From Oopsacas minuta (Eukaryota; Animalia; Porifera): a stretch of DNA of 64,000 nt. Under the pieces are notes generated by a model. It saw only the letters and a list, made by a program, of their open reading frames with translations, had not been told where the DNA came from and searched no databases. The DNA lies in contig JAKMXF010000332.1 in assembly GCA_024704765.1 (NCBI GenBank), positions 726,018 through 790,017 of the forward strand, given 5' to 3'. The position numbers and the translations under genes were made by a program. This document shows positions 51,200 to 62,048 of the stretch, one piece after another. Positions within the stretch are counted from its first letter, which is position 1; each line of letters begins with the position of its first letter.

Positions 51200-51740
51200 T
51201 TGATGTCACAGGCTCATAATTAAGGCCGTAATTAGTTATGTATATAGAATTGCTTGGATTGTTACTTGCGCGGAGTAAGCTCCATTCAACCTTGCGACAA
51301 AGAGATCCCCGTTCGGGATAATCGTTGTTAGCGATGAAAATACCAACATCCAAAATGGCAGAAGCGGCCATAATCTCTACATCACTTCTTCATATTCCTA
51401 CAAGTTGGATGTGAATTTGGTCTAATAAGTATGTGGCGGTTTTATCTCTTTCTGATGGAAATACCACTAAAGGTATGTTGTCCCCTCACTTGCAATAAAT
51501 CGCGAAATGATGGATCTAAGTTCAATGTGACGATTTTGGCTTCCTGCGATAATTTGAGAGACAACGGAAGAGGCAATTCCCATCTTTAATCATGGGTGTA
51601 GTCTCTCAAGGGATAATTATATTTACCAAGAGGTTGTCCAACTAATTCATCGATTGCTGGATCGGGAATCAAATTTAGGCCCTAACTTCGCATAAGCATC
51701 TCTCTACCATCTTTCCGACACTATAAAATCTTTGAAATTC
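51200..51740 (-). pseudogene. OTU-family cysteine protease domain (Helitron-associated type), degenerate
   Basis: KDGNCLFRCLS (51573-51584), GSQNRHIELR, SDVEIMAASAIL and IYITNYGLNYEPV in shifted frames. Confidence 0.75.
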
Positions 51741-51880
51741 CAGTGAAAAATCGGTTACGGTCTTGTTAATACCTCAGAAAAGGTTTCACAGAGCAAGTTT
51801 TGCCGATGTCGCGCAGCGGCTGGCAAGCATGGATGGTAATGCAATCCAATCAATACAATTATCGATTGTCCAATAGTTTA

Positions 51881-52617
51881 TCACCAGATAACATTTACTG
51901 CCGACCTCGATACATGAAAAATATCTGAAACAAACCTCTGCGATTTGCCCTTCTGTAGTTTTGCTATGATATTCAGCTTTAACTCGAGAATAATTGCTTG
52001 ATGTTTCTTTTTCTTTGATGATGTACATGCAGTTGCCATTATTCTAATAATATGTAATAAGGAACAATATATTTCCCACCCATAAACATACCATTATTAG
52101 GTATAGGTACGTGATCGGAAGTCATAGCAATAGATAGATGATAAAAATGGATAATGTCCGGATCTTAGAGAGTATAAATTTTGAACGGTCCGGTTCTGAA
52201 TATAATTTAATTCAGTGACGCAAACATATACCATAAACCCAACCAATTACTCTCCACATGCTAGTCATCACACCGTTTTGCGGGTTATTGCAAAATACAA
52301 AGAAGGAAAATAGTTTCTGTGAAAATATGACCCTAGGATAACATTGAGTGGATAATTTGCATAATTTACTAGAATAAATCAAAGATTTAATATTTCGTAA
52401 GACAATGTTTTGCTAAAATTGCTGGTTACTTGGGGTGTATGATATACATGTAAAATGATTGAAATAGAAATCGTTAGGACACAATTATGGGCAAAATCTA
52501 AATGGATAATGTCCGGACCTCAGAAAGTAGAAATTTGTACGGGATTGACAGGTTTCGTATGTAGCACTAATGAAATCCTGAGATCCGGACACTGTTCGGA
52601 TCTCGAAGGTTCTACTG
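51881..52617 (-). mobile_element. pogo/Tigger 5' end: TIR plus CENP-B/psq HTH (52 aa, then stop)
   Basis: CAGTAGAACCTTCGAGATCCG terminus at 52617; ORF 52039-51881 MATACTSSKKKKHQAIILELKLNIIAKLQKGKSQRFVSDIFHVSRSAVNVIW*. Confidence 0.75.
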
Positions 52618-52945
52618 CATAAGTGAATTCAGCTTAATCAATTTTTAGGCTTTCCCTAAATTCAATAATTGATCCCTATCAAACTTTCACGGTGTTGCAC
52701 TTTGGGGATTGACCAAATTACATAACAATTTCGTCATTCAAAAATTATATTTTGGATCCTTAGAATGGTCAGGATATGAGGAAAGTTTTAGGTAGAAAAA
52801 TCTTCTGAAGTGATATCAGAGAAATTAAAAGAATTTGGAATGAATTTAGAATCGGATATTAGGAATAACAACAAAAGGTTGTGTAATGATGGAAAAACTA
52901 GGACGGATGCACTAAATCGTAAAAATCATGAAAATATTATGTTAA

Positions 52946-54497
52946 GCTTATCTTAGTACAGATCAACTATTTTGTGAATTTCAGTCGCTACACTTCAGAT
53001 AGCATCTCCAAAAATAGATTGGATTTCTGTAATATTGTGATCAACTTCAGGGGTGGTCAAAAGATTCAAACAATCCCATTTACGGTACTTATTGGTACAT
53101 ATTACTCTTTTTCATGCATCCTTCCAATGTGGTAAGGTGTAAAATGTACACGATTATTGTAAAGTGGCGAATGCTGATGCACCAGGAAGGTAGAGATACA
53201 ACCTCGCTAGTGCAAATATGGATACTGAAGCTAATTGAGATTTGATGTGTCAGTTTCTTAAAATTTGGACGGGACTTGTTGCTAGAAAAGACCGACTCTC
53301 CCGCCATTTGGTACAAGTTTCTAAATTTGATGCTAGATCAACACTCTCGAAGTAGAAAGATGCGACTTTAGCAGCCGCACCTTCCAAAAACTAAGCTCTC
53401 TGATCATTCTTTCAGTATTTATAGTTATTTTAGATGAAACATTCGTAAAATTTGAAATCGATCTTAGTTTGATTTACTGAAAAAAATGTTCGGAGAGCTT
53501 TACACCTATGTTTTAAAAGTTGCACCTATGGTGAACATATAGTGTTCGCAAACTGTGCAGAGCAGCCAAGCGAAGCGCCTGAATTTGTAAAAAATATTCA
53601 TGTCTTTCAGTTCCATTCACTTAGTATATTATGGCATCGACTTCATCTATATTCCTTGCTGCACCATTGACTCATTTATTTTTCCCCACAGTAATGAGTA
53701 CTGCTACTGTTATGGAGTTTTATGGTCTGAAGTGGTGTTGTATTCTATAACAAACTGTATGATCGTAAAGATGGATGAAGAGTTCCAGAACTATGCAGGG
53801 CCAACTGGTTCACACTCAAACTTGGCTGGGCCGACTTTAATATGTGAAAATGGAAAATCACTCTCACTGTTGGTGCTAATGTGCAGCTGGCCAACTAGAA
53901 ATTGCAATTCGCCAAGTGAAAAATAGACCGCTACTGTGTAATTAATACAATAGAAAGAAGTTGGTATTGTGAGGATCACAAGAACAAGTTGAGGAGGGGT
54001 GAGAGGAAAACAGAAAGGGTGCAGGGAGACCTGCAGCCTTTATCTCACCACCCGATTCAACTAGTACTACTCGTCACGATTTAACTAAAAGCCTTATAGT
54101 TCAGGCTGAGGGTGCTGGACGATTAAATCAATTGGTGAGAGCAGGAGTAAGTCCCAATTGAAAATCTAGAGATCTTCCCAAAGGCGCATCCCTTGAGTTC
54201 TTGGGTAATCAAGACAGAGCAACTACATTTCAACCAGCAAATTCCATCCAAAGGCGGACAAAGCTTGTTGTTCCAACACTTTTCATCCAACAGCTGCAGT
54301 TGGCAACCACGACCTCTAACTCCTCGATGGAAAGCCTTATGAATTATCAATCAAACATTGGTTTAGAACCCATCAAGTGTATCATAACTCAACAAACATG
54401 ATTTTTGGAGGAGAAATCCCATCACGATTTTTGGGAGGTGTTTTCTGAAGCGTTTGGGCTAAAAGCCACAAAACAGTGTATTCTTACTAAGATAAGC
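52946..54497. mobile_element. Unclassified TIR insertion with TTAA-like target site (Kolobok/piggyBac-like)
   Basis: TTAA|GCTTATCTTAGTA ... TACTAAGATAAGC|TTAC; removing it rejoins the hAT relic. No internal transposase recognised. Confidence 0.5.
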
Positions 54498-54768
54498 TTA
54501 CCTTAATTTTGTAGTGTTGTTCACGATTTAGAGTGGACGTTCAGATGATACAAACATTTCAGCAATTATGTTATGCCATGGTCTACAACTTGCAATTCAA
54601 GCTGAATTATATGTTAAAAATACAGAAGAACTCTCCTATCACTCGGGTGTTATTGAAACTGATGAAGATGAACTAGATATAATGAATGAGAATGAAATTG
54701 ATGGGTTAACTGTAGATTCTTGCCAAGGGAATAGGAAGTGTCTATGCCTTTATATTCTTGACTTAATG

Positions 54769-57159
54769 CAGTAGTTCTCAACCTTTTCTGGCCTTCCCCT
54801 CCCATGAAGTTTGCTCTCCCTTTTGGCCCCCCCCTCTCCCCAAATACTTTGAAATTAGTTTTTTAATTCAAATTAACAGTAATTAATGCGAACCTTGTAA
54901 TTGCTTATTAGATGCTAATATTTAATTATCTGGACTATAACTTGATGCTGATATCCTTAAATCTTCCCTGAAGTCAAGTCGCCTGCGATGTTTTGACCTA
55001 AGAAAATTTGCTGAAGAAAACGTTTTCTCACAAAAATATGTTGTTAGAAATGGAAGCAAAAACAATCTTTCAGCTGTTTTGAAAGATTTGGTTCTATCCC
55101 TTCACCAAAAACCAGAATTTCGTTTTGTTAGCACAAGAATATTTAGCTTTTGCCTCCTCATTCGCCTGTAAATATAACAACTCGTCTACTAGGATGTCGT
55201 CTAAGTCCATCATATCTTCCAGTGACATATCCATCGGGGTTAGAAGGTATTTAGGGATTGATGGAACGTCCGAAAAGCGATTGGAAAATCAGTAACTAGA
55301 TTCATCAAATGTTCTTCCACAAGGGGAGTAAATTTAACTTCAAGATGTGGTGAAGGAGAGAATTGCCTCTACACGTGGGAATATGTTCCATTGGTTGCTC
55401 AGTATACGTAAACGAAAGAATTTCAATTTATTTTGAAATGTAGTCACATTTTTCCATAGCCGCTGGGAGAAAAATCCCATCTCCCTGCAATCTAAGATTA
55501 CTCAGGTCATATAGTAGAGAAGATTTCAGTAAGATAAGCTAATTTCAGTTTGAAATAGATGGATGAAAACTCTTCTGTCTCGAAGAAATGTTTCTGATCT
55601 AGAAATTCACACAACTGATCATAAATAGAATATACTCGTTCAAGAGCTTTTCCTCTACTAAGCCAGCGAACTTCTGTGTGGAAAAGGAGGACGTCGTGTT
55701 CTGCTTCCGAATCTTCACATAGTTTTTTAGTGTACGTTCGTTCAAAGGACTTGATTCGACAAAGTTCACAACTTTGATGACAAGGTTAAGTGTTTCATGA
55801 AGTTCAGGCTGGAGACTTTTAACAGCTAACGCCTGTTTATGAAGCATACAATGGATAAAACTGCACTGCGGTACTTCCCTTTTAAAACATCCCCAGAATC
55901 CAGTATCTCTACCAGTCATATTTCCAGCTCCATCTGTACTAACACTAACAACTTGGCTTAAACTAATCTGATGTGAGTCAAAATAGGATCTAACCATCTT
56001 GAAGATATCTTGTCCAGTGCAACGACATTCAAAATAATCAACGAAAAGCAATTCTTCCTTTATGCAATCGTTATCGATGAAACGCATACAGACAATAAGA
56101 GTAGATTCTGCTCCAAATATTGACTCATCTAATTGAATGCTGATAGGAATTTCCTTTATAAGCCGAACCAATTTATCTTCTAAATTCTGTGAAATTTCAT
56201 TAATCCTCTTTACTGTATCATTAGATAACGTGATTTTGTTTAGTTTCTCAGCTGCCGCACTTCCCAGAACATGCTTGGCACAAGCCAACAGTGAAGGTTT
56301 GATTAGAGTTTCTGCATCTGTGTGAGGTTTTTTAAGCTTTGCGATTAGAAAAGATACTTCATAGGATGCCAAAGTATAACATTTCAAATCGGTAGACTGA
56401 GTGAAGAGAGAAAAAGATTTCTCTTGATTCAAATAAACTTTCTTTTTCTGCGGAAAGTACTCTATTGGCTGCCCCACCTCTGTGGGATGTTTTGAAAATT
56501 GATGCGCTTTTAAATGATGAGGCCTCATAGAATCATTCGCCGAGCATACATGACCGGTCAAGCAAAGGGGTTTTAATTCGTCTGGACTAGAAATGAATCC
56601 AAACTTCAGGTAAGAGGGATCATAATGTCGAATTCTGCGTTTTGCATTTGGTTCGGACATAATCTTCTGATTGTATAGTAAAGTCTTGCAATGATAGGAT
56701 TGAAAATGAATTAATGTAGATGCAGTTCTATGCCATATTTATGTAAATTGTAGAATGAAAATTGTATTGATCAATAGGATGCCATATTATTCATATTATT
56801 GGAATCACACATCGATGACGTATTCACAATCGAATACATAGTATTTATTGTCATACAAAAGCAATTTATATTTGTCAGATGCATGGCATCTTTTCGAACC
56901 CTTACAAAGTATTAACAATAATTATATCTGAGTACTAACTTTATCGACGTAATATGCAAATGGGTTTTTAAAAGAGCGAGAAATTGAATACAAAGATATA
57001 AAATAAGTAGCAGTAGCGATGAGCCTCCTCTGACTAGTTTATTTACGCACACCCCAAGTATAGATTGTTCTCTTCGGATATGTATCCCCTATCTATCCCC
57101 CCTCTTCGGTATTGCCATCCCCCCCCAATGGGGGATATCCCCCTGGTTGAGAACTACTG
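54769..57159 (-). mobile_element. hAT Buster transposon, full length, frameshifted
   Basis: TIR CAGTAGTTCTCAACC; perfect 8-bp TSD ACTTAATG (nnnTAnnn); 353-aa ORF with BED-like region, LSNDTVKRI, QLDES, STDGAGNMTG, HCMLHKQAL; HTEVRWLSRG in the next frame. Confidence 0.95.
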
Positions 57160-58103
57160 ACTTAATGGATAAATTAGGTAAGATCATCAAGATATTTAAA
57201 CGATCCGCCTTGAAAAAGAAAATTCTACAGCGCTATGTGAAGGAAATATACCCAAACGGTTAAAACACACTACGTAACAAATTTGTATGAAATCTTTGTT
57301 TGGCTTGATACTTTGATTGTTTATGGATAATTTTGAGGCGCTGAGTCCGAAAATGCAATTAGTTTTTTCTATCATCGATCGTTAACTTTCAGGAAGCCTA
57401 TTTGTCTGAGCAGGTTACACGCTTAGCCATCCCAGCAAAAACGTACGTCACAATCAAAATCTTTTGTGCTATAACAATAAAGATAACAAACATTGCATTC
57501 CCTTCTCTGTCTCTTGTCTTTTTAAACTCTGGGAGACACTTAAAGTGTCTGCGAATGTACAGCTTAAACTGCATCAGAATTCCAGGCTGGGGTAGGATTG
57601 TAAAACTTAGAAATTTCGTTCTTGTGTATAGTTTATTTGCTATCTAGTACCTTTACTTGGAAAGTATTTACTTATATTAATAGTAAAAGCTACCAGCAGC
57701 TAGTATAAGCATAAGTATAACTGCCGTTAGCAGAGAAGGCAGGAACAACTTGCTGCAGGTTCCACGTTAAATTAGTGATTTCAAATTTAGAAATTGCAAT
57801 GGCTAGTAGGCAATGCAAGAATTCACCTGACTCATTTTGCTGTGTTTGTGGATATTAAGTTGGTGGCAAACATGTTTCAAATAAAATATCAAAAGAGGTT
57901 AAGTATTGGGAAGCGTATAGACTGTATTTTGGGATGTTCATTGGGGACCAGGAAAGGCCTGGGCCCCACATGTAATTTGTGGCAGCTGTCGATCTAATCT
58001 TGAAGGTTGGTTGAGGGATTCCACTAGAGTTATGCCATTTGCTATTCCAAGAGTTTGGAGAGAGCCATAAAACCATCATGATAATTGTGACTTTTGTATG
58101 ATA

Positions 58104-59637
58104 CAGGGGCATTCAATATATACTAATCACCGTATATTTTTAATGAAATAGCAGTTCTAAGCTAGTATTTCTCAGTGCAATTATATAGAACCATATTTCA
58201 ACTTTCTAACAAAACTTAGAGAGAGTTGATCACTTAATTATTTCCTAAGTTTCAGTTATTTTTAGAAACCTACATTTTCTCCTTTACATTTTCATGGCTT
58301 CTTGTCCAAATTTTTCGGAACTTGAACAACGAACGTACATCAAATTTCGCACCATTCTCGAAATCCCTCCAGTCTATTCATAACGAGTTGGCAACGATAT
58401 GTGGAGAAGATACTTTATCGTATTCAACTGTCAGAAGGTGNNNNNNNNNNNNNNNNNNNNNNNNNNNNNNNNNNNNNNNNNNNNNNNNNNNNNNNNNNNN
58501 NNNNNNNNNNNNNNNNNNNNNNNNNNNNNNNNNNNNNNNNNNNNNNNNNNNNNNNNNNNNNNNNNNNNNNNNNNNNNNNNNNNNNNNNNNNNNNNNNNNN
58601 NNNNNNNNNNNNNNNNNNNNNNNNNNNNNNNNNNNNNNNNNNNNNNNNNNNNNNNNNNNNNNNNNNNNNNNNNNNNNNNNNNNNNNNNNNNNNNNNNNNN
58701 NNNNNNNNNNNNNNNNNNNNNNNNNNNNNNNNNNNNNNNNNNNNNNNNNNNNNNNNNNNNNNNNNNNNNNNNNNNNNNNNNNNNNNNNNNNNNNNNNNNN
58801 NNNNNNNNNNNNNNNNNNNNNNNNNNNNNNNNNNNNNNNNNNNNNNNNNNNNNNNNNNNNNNNNNNNNNNNNNNNNNNNNNNNNNNNNNNNNNNNNNNNN
58901 NNNNNNNNNNNNNNNNNNNNNNNNNNNNNNNNNNNNNNNNNNNNNNNNNNNNNNNNNNNNNNNNNNNNNNNNNNNNNNNNNNNNNNNNNNNNNNNNNNNN
59001 NNNNNNNNNNNNNNNNNNNNNNNNNNNNNNNNNNNNNNNNNNNNNNNNNNNNNNNNNNNNNNNNNNNNNNNNNNNNNNNNNNNNNNNNNNNNNNNNNNNN
59101 NNNNNNNNNNNNNNNNNNNNNNNNNNNNNNNNNNNNNNNNNNNNNNNNNNNNNNNNNNNNNNNNNNNNNNNNNNNNNNNNNNNNNNNNNNNNNNNNNNNN
59201 NNNNNNNNNNNNNNNNNNNNNNNNNNNNNNNNNNNNNNNNNNNNNNNNNNNNNNNNNNNNNNNNNNNNNNNNNNNNNNNNNNNNNNNNNNNNNNNNNNNN
59301 NNNNNNNNNNNNNNNNNNNNNNNNNNNNNNNNNNNNNNNNNNNNNNNNNNNNNCCTGATATAGCCCCATGTGACTTCTGGCTGTTTAGAAAACTCAAAGA
59401 TAACCTCTCCGGACGCGAATTTGAGGATCGGCTCAGCCTCGGTCGGGCAATTTACAGATACCTTGAAGTCATTCCCAAGGATGAGTACAGAAAGACATTT
59501 GAAAATTGGATTAAAAGGCTAGATTCAGTTGTAGCGTATAAAGGAGACTACTTTGAACATTCATAGCAAAAATTACCAACTTTACACAAGTATCTATAGT
59601 TTTAGATGGTATGATTAGTATTTATTGAATGCCCCTG
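58104..59637 (+). mobile_element. mariner inserted at a TA inside Chapaev3; interior is an assembly gap
   Basis: TA|CAGGGGCATTCAATA ... TATTGAATGCCCCTG|TA; N-terminus MASCPNFSELEQRTYIKF; C-terminus PDIAPCDFWLF...KGDYFEHS*. Confidence 0.9.
58441..59353. other. Assembly gap (913 N)
   Basis: Run of n characters. Confidence 1.
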
Positions 59638-61814
59638 TAAATATTGCTAAGTACCGCAAGGTTAAGGGAAGAAGAGCACTGATTTATCCAAGTATACCTT
59701 CATCCATTGCACCTGTTCCTCACAGTGAAACTTTACCAGTTCCAAAACCACCAGCAACTGTAAGTAGTTTTGTTTTTTAATATTAGGCTACGCTAGCTTA
59801 TATGCTGTAAGGGTGACCTACAATCTGCATCTTATGTTTTATTCTTGTCATTTTAGTTGGAGTTTAATACTGAATGTGATGACTCGATATCAGGTTAAAC
59901 TTCGGATGTTGAGGAGGAGTATCTCCAATCAACAAGTGCAGATCGTCATTATCCTCCTAGGAGAGAATTAGATAACTTAATACGAGATCTGCAACTAACA
60001 AAATCTGCAGTAGAGCAATTGACGTCAAGATTAACCGAGTGGAATTTGCTGCGTGATGATTGAAAATAACTGCTTACAGGAAGAGGCACTTGGACTATTC
60101 TGTTTACTTTGATGTAATACAGGATCTGTGCTATTGCAAAGATGTGAATAGTTTGTTTGATGCTGCTGGAATTGAACATGACCCTCCTCAGTGGCGACTT
60201 TTTATTGACAGTTCCACCAAAAGTCTTAAAGGAGTTTTATTTCATAATGGGAACAAATATCCGTCAATTCCACTTGCTTATTCAATACAAATGAAAGAAG
60301 ACTATGAAAATGCCAAGCAACTACTGCTTAAAATGAACTATGCTGAATTTAACTGGCAGCTCTGTGGTGATTTTAAGATGTTGGGGTTTTTGTTGGGACT
60401 GCAGGGTGGTTACACCAAATATTCATGCTTTCTTTGTTTGTGGAACAGCAGAGCTGATGGAGAGCATTACAGGAAGATTCAATGGCCGCCAAGAAAAGAA
60501 TTATGCCAGGAAAGTACAATGTCATCAAAGAGCCACTTGTAAGCCGGGAAAAGGTTTTACTACCACCTCTTCATATAAAAGTAGGTCTAATAAAGCAATT
60601 TCTTAAAGCTTGGATTTTGAAGGAGAAGCTTTTCAAGAAATCCGTGCAATGTTTCCAAAATTATCAGATGCTAAACTAAAAGGAGGAATATTTGTTAGCC
60701 CCCAAATAACCACCATGTTAAAGTCAAGAACCCTGGAGGATAAAATGACCGAAACAGAAAGAAAGGCATAGCAAGCATTTCGAGATGTAGTTAATGGCTT
60801 TTTAGGAAATAACCAAGAGCCAAATTATGAAGAGATAGTGAGTACTCTGATCTACCAAAATATGGGATGTCGCATGTCGTTGGAACTTCATTTTCTATCC
60901 TCTCATCTTTACTTCTTTCAAGAAAATTTGGAGGATTTCAGCGAGGAACATGGTGATAGATTTCATCAAGATATTCAGCTAATGGATAGAAGGTATCAAG
61001 GCCGCTGGGATAGTACAATGATGGGCGATTACATGTGGTTTTTGATAAGGGAAGACATTTCTGGTCACAAAAGTAAAGCTCGTTCAACAGTTCATTTTTG
61101 AAGTATTTTAACTCTCTAACATGAGTGCGTTTTGTATTCTCTAGGACTTGTAATCAGCAATGTACTGTTTGGTAGTGATTTTCATGTTCAAATACAATTA
61201 TCACCACATCACTACGTGTTTAAATCTATTACAAGAGCTGTAGATAAATTTGCATATAATGAACAACACAACTTGTTGAGAGAAAGCAAAAAGTGTAAAT
61301 AGGTCAAAAAGCATTGAAAATATGGAAAACTAACACAATTCTTGATTTCCGCGACCCAAAAAACATAAGGAGACATCAAAAATTGAAGCCAAACAAAAAT
61401 TGTGTTACGTAGTGATATGATTCTGAAATCCGACACCAGGTGGAGTTCACAGTTAAATAGGTTGAACGGATAGTTAAGATCAATGTTCCTGTTCAAAAAT
61501 CATAGCTAGGCCTTCATGAAATCTCAGGAATTTTCCAATCTCTGACCCCAATAAAATCAGCGATAGATGCATTATGCAGACGTGATGCAAATTTGATTAT
61601 GTCAGAGGCAATTTTCAAGTTTTAATTGGATGATATTCAATGTTTTCATTCATTTTTTAGTGGGAAAGTCCAGGGAGCTATTGAGCGACGCATTGTATAG
61701 GAGCTTTATAAATATGATTCTATAATTTTGCAATACTTTCATAATCCTCAAGCACAACTATAACTGGAAAGAAAGTCCAGCTGACAGATAGATATTACTG
61801 CTCAAGGATATGTA

Positions 61815-62048
61815 CTGTGAAATGGGCAATTTTGGCCCACTGTATTTACATTAACCCAAATATTGAAGTTTTCAAGACATATCGAAATGATTCTGTAGTA
61901 ACCCTGAAAATGATCATACCAATTTATGGAAATGTTAAAATAAGTGTTATCATTTTGAACTTTATTTACAAATCATATCGATAGGTTAAAAAACTTCAAA
62001 ATTTGGGCTAAAGCAAGCCCAGTGGGCCAAATTAGCCCCATTTCACGA
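61815..62048. mobile_element. Short TA-flanked MITE
   Basis: TA|CTGTGAAATGGGCAATTTTGGCCCACTG pairs imperfectly with CAGTGGGCCAAATTAGCCCCATTTCACGA|TA. Confidence 0.6.

Larger units (their letters stand above)
57268..61414 (+). mobile_element. Second Chapaev3-like transposon, intron-containing, interrupted by mariner
   Basis: Termini CACTACGTAACA / TGTTACGTAGTG; MASRQCKNSPDSFCCVCG, WAPHVIC, FAIPRVWREP, WRLFIDSS, LCGDFKM, LPPLHIK, SEEHGDRFHQDI; intron 59760-59856. Confidence 0.85.
52740..61750 (+). pseudogene. Old hAT (Ac/hobo-like) transposase relic fragmented by three insertions
   Basis: Colinear fragments: SEKLKEFGMNLESDI (about 52830), QQLCY/HGLQLAIQ (about 54570), DKIRKIIKIFKRS (about 57170), DTRWSS (about 61430), IDALCRRDANL and LQYFHNP (about 61560-61750). 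Confidence 0.7.

Noticed and set aside
58322-59566. Five long ORFs (312-414 aa) in the ORF track
   Set aside because: Artefacts of translating 913 Ns; only the mariner ends are real.
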